From Octopus bimaculoides (taxonomy: Eukaryota), in contig NC_068993.1 of the NCBI RefSeq assembly GCF_001194135.2, positions 44,538,176 through 44,602,175 of the forward strand: DNA of 64,000 bases. Reading direction: 5' to 3'. Positions 37,347-50,780 of this stretch are shown in pieces. A program made the position numbers and the translations under genes. The notes under the pieces were generated by a model that did not search any database, was not told the origin of the DNA, and saw only the letters and a program-made list of their open reading frames with translations. Each line of letters begins with the position of its first letter. The first letter of the stretch is position 1.

Positions 37347-37372
37347 TATCATTATTATTTATCATTATTATC
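37175..37372. repeat. (GGT)n and (ATT)n microsatellites
   Basis: Visible trinucleotide runs at about 37175-37242 and 37295-37372. Confidence 0.95.
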
Positions 37373-37749
37373 TCCATTCCCTGCTCTTTGCACAGAAATG
37401 CCCCACTGCACTGAATTTGGCAAAACATCAGAATAAATGATGCCTTGGGATAGAAGACCTTCTCCAAACTGTACTAATGTTAAATATCATGCCTGTTTCC
37501 TTATCATTCTCTTTCGTTTCTTCATATTTTCCTGCCAATTAACCTATTGAGAGTATATAATGGAGAAAAATAGAGAGAGAGGAAAAGAAAGGCGGAAGAT
37601 ATAAATAGAAAAATTGCAAGACATTGGGTGAGAAAGAGACAGTGATACAAAGACACACACACACATACATGCACATATATAAATACACACACATACAGAC
37701 ATACATATATGCACAAATATAAATAGACACACATACACACACACACACA

Positions 37750-37799
<50 letters not shown>

Positions 37800-37925
37800 T
37801 AAATATATATACATACATATGTACATATATATACATACTTACATAAGCAATATTGTCATATATATGTCTGCGTATATGTATATGCATATCATAAGCAGCA
37901 ATACTATCAAAACTGTGTGAGTATG

Positions 37926-37965
<40 letters not shown>

Positions 37966-38452
37966 AAGGGGGAGGGAGGAGAGAAATAAAAAATAAGAGA
38001 GAGAACGAAGGTTGAAGAGAAAAAAAGTTACAATTGAAGGGGAAAAGATGCAAAAGAAAGACAATGTCTTTTAGAATTTGCAAATCAGTTAAATGAAGCC
38101 ATTAGTGATAAAAAGTTCATTGTGAAATCAGGGCTCTATAAAAAGGTCTTGTGTATGACTGGAAGAATAAAGATATGGAGAAGAGATTGAGTGCTTTGGT
38201 TTACTGCCCAGAGGACCTGGGAAAGAGCTTTGCCTATGCAAGTATGAGATTATCCATGGAACAGTGCTGGTACTGTTGTGAAATGGTAACAGTGGCACAA
38301 GAGTTCATTTGAATATGTTGTTATGGTGAGATGGTGGGGAAGCGATAAAAAATGAAAAGGAGATAGTAAGAGATAGATTAGATAGATAGATAGATAGATA
38401 GATAGACAGATAGAAAGATAGATAGATAGATACATACATACATACATAGAGG

Positions 38453-38495
<43 letters not shown>

Positions 38496-38799
38496 AGAAA
38501 TTGTAGGAATTCAGAGAAGAGAAGCAAAGTCCACAGATTTTAAATGATTTTTATAAATACATAAGAGAAACAAAATAATCAACATTGTTGCTAATGACAT
38601 TTTGGAGATAGTACAAAGATTGCTGTGTTATATATATATATATGTATGTATATATATATTTTTTGAAGCTGATGATTCACTTCTCTGCAACTGTGTGTAT
38701 ATGTATTTATTTAGGCAACAAAACGGAAAATCATTTGTTCAAATAAATAAACTTTTATATCATATACTGAGTAATTTTCCTCACATTTGTACACCCAAG

Positions 38800-38849
<50 letters not shown>

Positions 38850-38902
38850 CCAACCCATGCAAGCATAGAAAAGTGGACGTTAAAATAATATATACACACA
38901 CT

Positions 38903-38995
<93 letters not shown>

Positions 38996-39279
38996 GCATG
39001 CAATTCCATTCTGTTGAGAAGTCCTTTCTTTATCTTGCTAGTTACTTGACAGCCTTACTAGTGCTGGTTTCAAGAAAAGAGTACCAGTACGTTCTGTAAA
39101 GTGGTTGGCATTATGAAGCTATAGAAACCATGCCAGAATAGATATTGGAGCTTGTCATAGTCCTCCAAGTTATTGGATACCATAAAACTATCCAACCCTT
39201 ACAAGCATGGATGGCAGACATTAAATTATGATGACGACAATGATAATGCAGAAACATCTTGATATTCCCAGAAAAGTTA

Positions 39280-39315
<36 letters not shown>

Positions 39316-39714
39316 TAACTAGATATATTGACCTCCACATGACTCAATTTAATTTCTTAATTTGTCTGAGGCATTATTTATTGAGTGTCCGATAACTAAT
39401 AAGAAACTAGTTGAAGTTATAAGCAATGTCTATGTGAAATAAATAACGGAAAGAGGTAATATAAGATATACCCATATAAAGAAAATATGAAGGTTCAGTA
39501 AAATAAATTGGTGATCATGTTCTATGGACTCAAATGTATCCCTTGAAGCCTGCTGGTGCCTTGCAAACATTTTGGCAAATGGAACACATTGAGGACTCAG
39601 TTTGCTCGCGTACCTGAGGATCATTTACTATGTATTTTCTTGAGTGGACAGCAAGGCCCGCTTTGCTTCATCCCCCAAAACCACAAGGACAGGTATGGTT
39701 TCCAGTAAAAAAAA

Positions 39715-39749
<35 letters not shown>

Positions 39750-39751
<2 letters not shown>

Positions 39752-40073
39752 GTTGCCAGTGCCGCCTGACTGGCCTTCATAGAGTTTTCGAGCGAGATCG
39801 TTGCCAGTGCCCCTGGACTGGCTTTTGTGCGGGTGGCACATAAAAGACACCATTTTGAGCGTGGTCGTTGCCAGTACCGCCTGACTGGCCTTCGTGCAGG
39901 TGACACGTAAAAGCACCCACTACACTCTCTGAGTGGTTGGCGTTAGGAAGGGCATCCAGCTGTAGAAACTCTGCCAAATTAGATTGGAGCCTGGTGTCAC
40001 CAGTCCTCAGTCAAATCGTCCAACCCATGCTAGCATGGAAGGCGGACGTTAAACGATGATGATGATGATGATG
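39750..40073 (+). mobile_element. RTE-type LINE 3' end (family A)
   Basis: Tandem GTTGCCAGT(G/A)CCGCCTGACTGGC units, then GGTTGGCGTTAGGAAGGGCATCCAGCTG.. and a (GAT)n tail running into the gap. Confidence 0.85.
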
Positions 40074-40967
40074 NNNNNNNNNNNNNNNNNNNNNNNNNNN
40101 NNNNNNNNNNNNNNNNNNNNNNNNNNNNNNNNNNNNNNNNNNNNNNNNNNNNNNNNNNNNNNNNNNNNNNNNNNNNNNNNNNNNNNNNNNNNNNNNNNNN
40201 NNNNNNNNNNNNNNNNNNNNNNNNNNNNNNNNNNNNNNNNNNNNNNNNNNNNNNNNNNNNNNNNNNNNNNNNNNNNNNNNNNNNNNNNNNNNNNNNNNNN
40301 NNNNNNNNNNNNNNNNNNNNNNNNNNNNNNNNNNNNNNNNNNNNNNNNNNNNNNNNNNNNNNNNNNNNNNNNNNNNNNNNNNNNNNNNNNNNNNNNNNNN
40401 NNNNNNNNNNNNNNNNNNNNNNNNNNNNNNNNNNNNNNNNNNNNNNNNNNNNNNNNNNNNNNNNNNNNNNNNNNNNNNNNNNNNNNNNNNNNNNNNNNNN
40501 NNNNNNNNNNNNNNNNNNNNNNNNNNNNNNNNNNNNNNNNNNNNNNNNNNNNNNNNNNNNNNNNNNNNNNNNNNNNNNNTATATATATTTGACACCTACA
40601 AAGTGCTTAGTTACACAGGCAACTTGTGAAACTCAAATGGCCAGAGGTACATAGCCTCTCTAGATTTGGAAGAACAAACAGGATAAATAGAATTCAGTAC
40701 ATGAGTATATATATATATTATCATTTTAATCAGCAGAAGTTACAAGGGCTAAGAGTTTCATACAAGGCATTTATTGTGTTCAAACATTGCTAGTGGATGA
40801 GTGGTGAACTTTCATCCACAATTATTCAGTGTTAGCATCATCATCATCGTCATCATCATCAATCATCGTCTTCATTGTCATCATTGTTATTATCATCATC
40901 ATCATTGTTATTGTCCTCATCATCATCATTGTCATTGATATTATCCAGAATACCCAGTACATCGGGC

Positions 40968-41121
40968 AGAGCTGTGGCTATGTGGTTAAGAAGCTTGCTT
41001 CTCAATCATGTAGTCTTGAGTTCAGCCCCAGTGTGTAGCACCTTCTGCGAGTGTTTTCTGTAATTACCCTGGGCCGCCCAAAGCCTTGCACTTGGTAGAC
41101 AGAAACTGAAAGAAGGTTGTC

Positions 41122-41160
<39 letters not shown>

Positions 41161-41435
41161 CATGCATGAGTGTGTGCATGTGTGCATGTGTGTGTGTGTT
41201 TGCACATACCCTTGTGATGTCTTGACATCTTGTAATGGTTGTAAATGCACATCACCATCACACAAAGTTGTTTCTTTCCAGTTTCCGATGAAAAATATGC
41301 CTGGCCATGAGGAAATATTACCTTGGAAACAGGTTAGAGTTGACACTAGGTAGAGCATCCAGCCATAGAAAACTTGCCTCCACAAATTCTGTCTGACCCA
41401 GGCGAGCATAGGAAAAATGGACATTAAAATTTGAT
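40968..41435 (+). mobile_element. SINE with family-B-like head and family-A-like (RTE) 3' tail
   Basis: Head GGCTATGTGGTTAAGAAGCTTGC, (GT)n middle, tail GAGCATCCAGCCATAGAAAAC..GGAAAAATGGACATTAAAA. A similar tail occurs at 45730-45830. Confidence 0.7.
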
Positions 41436-42111
41436 GAAATGGTAACGATGTTTATACTACAATTTTCTTCAAAGCAACTCAAAAAATTTTTGTTTCAGTT
41501 TAAATATTTTTCAGGTATATTAGCTTTGTTTGTTGTTTCCCCACCTCATTTTTTTTCATTTTGTTTTGACTTCTCTTTTAAGTACTTGTTTAATTATTTT
41601 TTAAACTCAGTCACTTTAAAGCAACACAAACAACAGATACATGCTTATATTAGAAATGGTTAAGTCTGGATTTTTTCTTTTTTCGATTGTCATGCCTAAA
41701 TTGAATTCTCATGTCTTGACTATTCTTAACCAATGTAGTTATATTGTCATCAACCAACAGCTAACTAATCTATAGCAGTCTGAGTGAAGAAAACTATTGA
41801 TCTCATCTTCAGCTGTTTCTGGCCAGCTCCACTACAGGATGTTCCCTAATAAACACAAATGGGAGCAAGTGTAACATTAGAGCCCATGACAGCTAATAAT
41901 ATTAATGAGTTCCCCAACTATGGAATCTACTGTTACATTAGAGCCTCTGACAGCTAATATTCATCAGTTCTCCAACTATTCATTCTAAATTCTATTCAAT
42001 GCTTGTCAACTGGCAAAATTTTAATTCATTTTAACCTTGTCATTTATAGTGCAGCTCATTTCAATCTCCTGATATATATGTCATAATCATTTCTTATATA
42101 TATATATATAT

Positions 42112-42396
42112 ATATATAGTTTTAGGGAAAATAACCAAGTTTCAAGAACTCATCGATGAAAATCCACTATCACATATAGAAAAATTAATAATTAAAAGCA
42201 CAATAAATGAGTATAATATAAAGTAAAGTAAATATCATAAGATAATTATATTATTATTATATTTATCTTATGATATTTACTTTACTTTATATTATACTCA
42301 TTTATTGTGCTTTTAATTATTAATTTTTCTATATGTGATAGTGGATTTTCATCGATGAGTTCTTGAAACTTGGTTATTTTCCCTAAAACTATATAT
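42112..42396. repeat. Perfect palindrome, 134-bp arms with 17-nt loop
   Basis: 42112-42245 is the exact reverse complement of 42263-42396 by manual comparison. Confidence 0.95.
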
Positions 42397-42600
42397 TTTA
42401 TATATATTTTATCTATAAAGCTCAATTTAATTTTAATTTTTTATAAATTGATTTTAATTGAGTTTTTACCTGTAATTTTGGATTTTGTCCCTAATATTAT
42501 TATATATATATATATAAAGTTTTGACTATTTAACTTGCCAAGTTATATGACTAACAATGAAATGCTTGCTGTTACATTTTTTTTGTATTATTATTAGAGG

Positions 42601-42990
42601 TACAGTTATGGCTGTGTGGTTAAGAAGCTCATTTTTTTGCAACTCCTTGGCTTCAGGTTCAGTCTTACAGTGCAGCACCTTGAGCAGTTGTCATGCCTTG
42701 TGAATGAATTTGCTTGAGGGAAGCTGTGTGAAAATCTACCATATATATATGTATATGTGTATATAAGTGTGAATGTCTTTGTGTTTGTGTCTTCTCCCAG
42801 CATTTGACAACTGGTGTTGGTTTGTTTACTTCCTTGTAACTTAGCAGTTTGGTAAAAGAAACGAGAACAGTAAGTACGAGACTTAAAAAATAATGTACTG
42901 GGGTTGATTTGTTTGATTAAACCCTTCAAGTTGGTGTCCCAGCATGGTTGCATTCCAATAACTGAAACAAGTACAAAAAAAACAAAACAA
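42601..42990 (+). mobile_element. Diverged SINE family B copy
   Basis: Head GGCTGTGTGGTTAAGAAGCTC..GGTTCAGTC and tail CCCAGCATGGTTGCATTCCAATAACTGAAACAAGTA. Confidence 0.75.
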
Positions 42991-42999
42991 GATAAAAGA

Positions 43000-44372
43000 T
43001 CATCATCATCATCGTTTAACGTCCGCTTTCCATGCTAGCATGGGTTGGACGATTTGACTGAGGACTGGTGAAACCGGATGGCAACACCAGGCTCCAATCT
43101 AATTTGGCAGAGTTTCTACAGCTGGATGCCCTTCCTAACGCCAACCACTCAGAGAGTGTAGTGGGTGCTTTTACGTGTCATCCGCACGAAAATGGCCACG
43201 CTCGAAATGGTGTCTTTTATGTGCCACCCGCACNNNNNNNNNNNNNNNNNNNNNNNNNNNNNNNNNNNNNNNNNNNNNNNNNNNNNNNNNNNNNNNNNNN
43301 NNNNNNNNNNNNNNNNNNNNNNNNNNNNNNNNNNNNNNNNNNNNNNNNNNNNNNNNNNNNNNNNNNNNNNNNNNNNNNNNNNNNNNNNNNNNNNNNNNNN
43401 NNNNNNNNNNNNNNNNNNNNNNNNNNNNNNNNNNNNNNNNNNNNNNNNNNNNNNNNNNNNNNNNNNNNNNNNNNNNNNNNNNNNNNNNNNNNNNNNNNNN
43501 NNNNNNNNNNNNNNNNNNNNNNNNNNNNNNNNNNNNNNNNNNNNNNNNNNNNNNNNNNNNNNNNNNNNNNNNNNNNNNNNNNNNNNNNNNNNNNNNNNNN
43601 NNNNNNNNNNNNNNNNNNNNNNNNNNNNNNNNNNNNNNNNNNNNNNNNNNNNNNNNNNNNNNNNNNNNNNNNNNNNNNNNNNNNNNNNNNNNNNNNNNNN
43701 NNNNNNNNNNNNNNNNNNNNNNNNNNNNNNNNNNNNNNNNNNNNNNNNNNNNNNNNNNNNNNNNNNNNNNNNNNNNNNNNNNNNNNNNNNNNNNNNNNNN
43801 NNNNNNNNNNNNNNNNNNNNNNNNNNNNNNNNNNNNNNNNNNNNNNNNNNNNNNNNNNNNNNNNNNNNNNNNNNNNNNNNNNNNNNNNNNNNNNNNNNNN
43901 NNNNNNNNNNNNNNNNNNNNNNNNNNNNNNNNNNNNNNNNNNNNNNNNNNNNNNNNNNNNNNCCTTTGTCGCCAGCAGGGGTAAGAACTCTCTAAACTTT
44001 GCCCAGGCTATTCTTATTCTAGCAGCTACACTTTCAGCGCACCCACCCCCACTACTAACTTGGTCGCCCAGATAGCGGAAGCTATCGACTACCTCTAGTT
44101 TTTCACCCTGGAATGAGATAGAAGTTGTTTCCTGTTTGTTTACAGTCTTTATTGCACCTGAACATCTGCCACAAACAAAAACTAACTTCCTAGTTAACCT
44201 GCCTTTGATGTTGCTGCACCTCTTATGTGTCCATAGCTTGCACCGGGTACATCTTATAGAGTTACTACCTACTCCTTTTCTACATACTGAGCAGGGCCAT
44301 CTACCTGAAGGGGTTTGTGTTTTATCTACCTTCCTACTTATTAGGATTTTGATTTTAGCTAGGTTGACTCTA
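43000..44372 (-). mobile_element. 5'-truncated RTE-clade LINE: RT C-terminus with PHD finger (43963-44372) and family-A 3'UTR/tail (43000-43233) across a gap
   Basis: RVNLAKIKIL..[C4HC3]..GEKLEVVDSFRYLGDQVSSGGGC..V.ARIRIAWAKFREFLPLL is stop-free. The 3' end lies on the same strand on the far side of the 729-N gap; linkage across the gap is inferred. Confidence 0.88.
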
Positions 44373-45299
44373 ATATATATAGGCAAATCGAAAATTTAAA
44401 AAAAAAACAGGAGAAACAATACAAGTCAAAAAGACGCACATAGTGAATGTATCAGACTGACATTCAGAGAAAGTTTAAAAAAGGGAAAAAAAGGCAGGGG
44501 TGGGGTATTGCGTTTTAAGCATGGCTCTGTGTTAGAAAGAAGAAAGAGGAAAATGTCCAGAGAGAAAGAAAAGAATAGTCCGAGAAAAGCACGTGTGTCA
44601 TTACACACACACACACACACATATAGTAGAAGACCCGTACTTGAAGAGCCATGAAGTGGGATTGAACACAAAACCATGTGGTGGGGAAGCAAACTTCTTA
44701 ACTACATACAAACCCACAGGAGTGCTTCAATGTATCTGTCTGTATGGGTATGTATGTACATACATATAAATTTATCTATGTATGTATGTACGTATGTATG
44801 TCAGGTCGCTCTTGAGTGCTACTGGTAACATGTAGTCTAGTACAACCTGTTGCATGGTTGGGTCATTGGTGATTAAACTGGCAACCCCACCAGGCTTGCT
44901 TTGTGAGGAGGGTGATTGTCAGACACCCTACAGGATGAAAAACAAGACTCATCAAAGGGCTGAGGAACTCACAAGCAGTCAACTGCCATCCAACAAATAT
45001 GTGTAAATATGTATATATCAATAATAAATCCCTGAGCGAGGTATAAACAGTAGCTGCACAACATCGTGAAGTATATTTGCCACCTAAATGTGGCTAACCC
45101 TTAAGGGTTGATGCTACTGTAGCTTGTAGCCCCAGGAAGACATCTGCTCCAGCTGGCTATTGACACACTTTCTGTGCCCTATCAGTATGTGCAAAGGGAA
45201 GTCACCTTTTCCATCTCCAGCCTGACGTGATACACATGGACTTGAGTTTCTGGGTATTGATCCATCATCAGCATGTGACAACCATCAGTCGGTGATGAG

Positions 45300-45534
45300 A
45301 AGTGGTTCTCAATACAAATATATAAATATATATATATATACTTTTTCCAGTGACGAACAGTAACTGATCTTGAAAAAGTGGAAACAAGCAATAATAAATC
45401 TCTGAGCGAGGTATAAACAGTAGTTGCATGATATCATGATTATTGCTGGTTTCCATTTTTTCTAGATCAGTGACTTTTCATCACTGGAAAAAGTATATAT
45501 ATATATATATATATATTTGCATTGAGAACCACTT
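45300..45534. repeat. Inverted repeat, about 95-bp arms each containing a (TA)n run
   Basis: 45300-45395 versus the reverse complement of 45439-45534, with scattered substitutions. Confidence 0.88.
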
Positions 45535-46649
45535 GTGAATGGATATGGTTGAGGAAAACTGAAAGAAACCTAACATATACATATATATGTGTGTGCACGT
45601 GTGTGTGTGTGCGTGCATGCATGCGTGGGTGTGTATGTATTTGAGTGTACCCTTGTCTTGACATCACGTGTTGGTTGTAAATGAGCATGTTCGTGTCCTT
45701 GGGAAATATTACTTTTTTCTTGGGAACAGGTGAGGGTTGGCAACAGGAAGGGCACCTGGCCGTAAAATTTCTGCCTCAGCAAATTCCGCCATGCAAGTGT
45801 GGAAAAGTGGACGTTATATGATGATGATTATGATCATCATCATCATCACCATCATCTCTCTATACACAGACGTTTCCAACATTTCAGATTCCTCCCTTAC
45901 TTTATTGTTAATAAAGTTGTTATAATATATATTGACCCCTTTATGCATTGACTTCGATCTACCTCATGAATAGAGTTTTTAGAAATAATTGTCCTTTATC
46001 TAGCCTACAAGATCTAGTTTATGCTTCAAGCCAACTTGCAAAGTCAAATGTGTTTGAATACCCCTCGACTATTGTGTATTCTCAGAAAGTCACGTTGTTG
46101 CTGTGTAGTCTCTATGTCAAATCTGTCCCAACAGACGCATGATCAAAGACATACCATTCACGATCTTCTCATTTTGAAGAGAATCCCTACTTTAATGTGC
46201 CTTTACCTTATTTTTAAGTAGCCTGATAAGATTTGAAGGAAATTTGTCTGTTATTTCTAGCGAGTTGAACGACTCCGTAAAGGTTTTCTCGTGAGACGAT
46301 GTAGTTATAATGTACAGGGATCTCTAGATTTCTATTTCCAAGGAGATTTTGTGGGAACAAGTAGGAATAAACAGATGGCTCTTCCAGTATTTTCTTTCCT
46401 TTATTTCCCCGTTACAGCTCTCTTCCTATATGTGTGTATATAGTATATATATATGTGTGTGTGTGTNNNNNNNNNNNNNNNNNNNNNNNNNNNNNNNNNN
46501 NNNNNNNNNNNNNNNNNNNNNNNNNNNNNNNNNNNNNNNNNNNNNNNNNNNNNNNNNNNNNNNNNNNNNNNNNNNNNNNNNNNNNNNNNNNNNNNNNNNN
46601 NNNNNNNNNNNNNNNNNNNNNNNNNNNNNNNNNNNNNNNNNNNNNNNNN

Positions 46650-46720
<71 letters not shown>

Positions 46721-47499
46721 ATGTGTGTGTGTGTGTGTGTGTAGGTAAATAAATAGAGAAAATATAAGTAAATAAATACATTAAAAAATATACAAAAGTA
46801 TACATGCATGTATGTATATCATGTATAAATATGAATATATAGAGAACTATAAATAAAAATGTACACCCCACATACACGCGCGCGTGCATGTACACATATA
46901 CATAAAGCGTTTGTAGGAGGAATAGCGTGAGTGGAGTGCGTGAATTTGTGTTTGATGTGTATATTCATGTCAATTGAGTGTTTTTCCGAACCAGCAATTG
47001 GGAAAGAGAAAGTGGAGAAGCTGTACATCTGGGTGTTTCTTGTATACATCAAGTAAACCTCATTTACTACATGAAAAAAATGTCGTTAACTACACTTTGA
47101 ATCCCACAACACATCTTACACACACCACCATATAACCAACACCATTATCACTGCTAAACATAACTATCATCGCAAGCCCTCGGGGGCCAGGAAAGAGTTC
47201 GCTGAAGTATGGTCCAAGAAGGTACCGAAATGTATAAGGAGTGGGTTTACATGGGGAAGAAGACGTGGTGGTGGTTGGTGGGTTCACTAAGGTAAAAGTG
47301 GGGGGATATCTGGGAGAGGTGGTAGGGACTGAGTAATTGCTTTGATCTTAGAAATCTTCCGCATTTATTAACGATGTTAAAGGTCGATATTAAAATATGA
47401 CGTCACACCAAGTAAAAAGAGATACTGCGTTGTGTGAGGTGTGAAAGAATGATAAAAAAAGGGTCATAGAGAGAAGGATTAGAGAAAGAGAGAAGGAGA

Positions 47500-47544
47500 G
47501 AGAATATATGTTTTGCTGTGTGTGGAACCAGGCAAAAGAGAATG

Positions 47545-47612
<68 letters not shown>

Positions 47613-48200
47613 CGAAATACAAAGAGGAAGAGAGAGAAAGAAAGAGTGAAAGCAAGCACTAAAGAATAAGAATTCTTAAAGGGAAAATGTGTTCCTGTTT
47701 CTCAATATAAAACAGGAGTCTGACAGACAAGACACTGAGTATGTGTGATGAGGGGGTGTTTAGTATTTCTCAATGTTAGGTTTGTAAGAGAGGAAAAGAC
47801 AAAGGAAACATAAAGACAGAAAGAGAGTGATTGCGTGTGTGTGTATGTGTGTGTAGGTGAGTTCTCCGTGTGTGAGCGTCAAAGGACATATAATGAGTAA
47901 CGAAAGACAACGATAGTTTGAGTATGTATATGTATAAATAGTTAAATGGAAAGATAGAAAGACAATAGAAATAGAGTGTGTGAGAGAGAGAGAGTGAGTG
48001 TGTATCAGGGGAGAGGATGTGTAAGTGAGAGAAAGTGTATGCGTGTGAGAATGAGTGAGAGAGAGTGAGTGAGAGAGAGAGAGAGAGAAAAGTTGTGTGC
48101 ATGAGTGTGGTTGTTTGAGAACAAGTGCGTGTGTGAGAGAGAGAGAGAAAGAGGGAGAGAAAGAGAGAGAGAAAGAGGGAGAGAAAGGGAGAGAGACCGC
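47500..48200. repeat. (GA)n / (GAGT)n / (GT)n low-complexity region
   Basis: Multiple purine-rich dinucleotide and tetranucleotide runs. Confidence 0.9.
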
Positions 48201-49429
48201 CAACTATTGGCAGCGTAGATTGTGTCGGTTGGCCGAATAATTGGTTGATTAGTTGAGGGAAGGATAGGGTTAGTGAGGAGATTGAAAACAGCTCCCTAAA
48301 CATTATGTCAGTACCTACTGACCTAACCAGTATTAAGCTTTGTGTCTGGCTATGTTTCGTCTGGACAGTGGATTTTACGCATATATTTGTGTGTGTGTGT
48401 GTGTGAATGTGACTGGTGAACATGGAGACAACGAGAGACAACGAATGAAGAACAGAGAGGTAATACAAATAGAATCGTGTTTGTGTGTGAAAGATTGAGA
48501 GAGGAGGACTTTATAATGAATGATAGCGGGTGAAAGAGAAGAAATATATAAGAGTATGAGTGCTTCTGAAGTGAAAAAGAAAGACATATAGATAGATAGA
48601 TAGGTAGATAGATAGATGGAAAGTTTGAGAGACAGACAAGAGAATAAAAAAGATGAAAGGATAGATTGATTTTTTTCTTTTTATGCAGATATAAAACTTC
48701 GGAAAGGTGGTTGTGAAGTTCATTCTATTATGAGAAAAAAAAAAGAAAAAAAACCTTGCTGGCTTAAGACGAGAGGATCTGTTGGTTGACTTTTTGTTCA
48801 GACTTGAATCGATCAAACATCCCGAAGTTTCGAAACAATGTATCTAGGATTACATTAGTGCTTTTTCTTCCCTTTTTATTTTAAGAGACAGGGATGATTT
48901 CTCTGCTATTTTCAGCAAGTTCGGCGATCACGAAGAGGTTCCTTGCGATAGGTTATTTCACCTGTGGTGTCCAATGTTTCGGAACCACTCTGGTTATTTC
49001 TTTAACTAAAACTTTTATCACTGACTATACTTACAGCATTGTTCTTCCCTATACTTCGATTCATTAACATTTTCCGTCATATACCTTTGATGTCCTATGC
49101 TTATAATCATGTATTCGGCCTTCCACAGCCTTTCTTGCAATTTAATATCCAATCTGAATTTATTGCCCATATTTCAGTCACACACAGCATGACAGTTCTT
49201 CTACGGTTTTCTGTGTGTGTATGTATGTGTATATGAGTGTATGTATATATCTGAGTGTATGTATACATCTGTTTGTGGTTTGACTATACACATACTTAAC
49301 TGCCACAAAGTATATATGAGCATATTGTATGTGCGTGTGTGTGTGTGTGTACACAGATAAGCGCATAAAAAGTGGAAAATAGTATACAAGTACTAAAAGT
49401 AAAATGATATACAGTTTATTAAAACTAAA

Positions 49430-49840
49430 AAGTGTTTACAAATTTTTATTCAAAGTTCCACGTGACTGTTCGTCACAAGTGTTTAGGTGAAACTCTGAGT
49501 GACAGTTTGTCAAAATTTTTTTCTGGCTTTAATAAAAAGTATATATGTACGACTATTGTATTTAAAAACTTTGTTCCAAACATTAGCTGTAGGAACGCAT
49601 GCCTTTCTTCATCCAAAGAAATATTCGGAAAGGCTGCCCCATATTATAAGGCCCTACAGGATAGCAGCTTTACAGAAAAAAATATTTAGCAATCCCCCCC
49701 ACTTCCTCTATTATCTTGACATAAGAATAGGTCTTGGAAAGTTTTGTGGCTTGCTCCCTCCTTTGTCCCTTAGTGCTAGGACAAATGTAGGTAGAAGATT
49801 CTTGCACCATAAATATTTCTGTGTTAATAGCATCTCATAG
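49430..49840 (+). mobile_element. Decayed Penelope-like element, RT C-terminal region
   Basis: FKNFVPNISCRNACLSSSKEIFGKAAPYYKALQDSSFTEK and PPLSLSARTNVGRRFL resemble the Penelope motifs S..EIF..AAP.Y..AL..SGF and WFNPP(Y/F)S..V.TNVG..FL. Confidence 0.75.
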
Positions 49841-50780
49841 GCTGAAAAAAGACAGCTCTGCAATTTCTTTCTGAACAACCTGCACAAATGATTTGGTTAT
49901 AGTGATCAAATGTATGTACTGTATCTCCGCTCACTGCCTCTCTATCAAATTGACATTACCAAAACATGTGCATGATGTACATCACATCAGATGTCAAAGT
50001 GATCACAGAGCAACATAGGAAGAAGTATTTTGCTCAAGAACACAACGCACCACCCGGTCCAGGAACTGAAACCATGGTCTTGTGATTGTGAGTGCATCAC
50101 CCTAACCACTAGGCCATATACTCTAAACAAATATGTTCTACTTTCTTAGTATATCTATAAGTCCTTTGGTCACTGAAGACACAGAAAGACAATTGTTATG
50201 CTGATGATGCCTGCTGAGGCAGAACGTCCACGAGTGTCCTCTTATCTCCAGACAATAAGCTTGATTCTTGAGATTATCATTCTTATCTGGGACTGGTCCT
50301 AATTGCCAGTTGGTAATTAAGACACAACATCCTCTAGAGTTGGAAATAATTTTAATAAATCAAGAATTTATGCTGAATCTGTTGAAAATGAGAACCAGTC
50401 AAGTGTTGGAGTGACCCCCTCGTTCTCTCTAACAGTCACATCCTCAGCTGCATCTACTTAAAGTAATCCTTCTCTCTCCTATGTATTATCTTTATTTAGT
50501 GACTTCCCATTGTTGAATGAAGAGATATTTTTAGAATTTGTTTTTCACAAGCTGTAGAATATCTAAACCTTTTTAATCACGTCATCAACAAATGCTTGTG
50601 CAGAATAATAGAATGTTCAAGAAACAATGGTTTATTATCTTGAAGAAGATATTCAAAAATGAGTTTATACAGCTTAGCTTGTCATATAAAGCATGTAGTA
50701 TCAATTTTAACTCATACAAACGCAGTCAAATACTATTATTCAATTATCATGGGTTTCACACTTTATGTTATTCATACTCC

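Noticed and set aside
39430-39624. Minus-strand 64-aa ORF with a hydrophobic tail
   Set aside because: No recognisable motif and no coherent exon chain.
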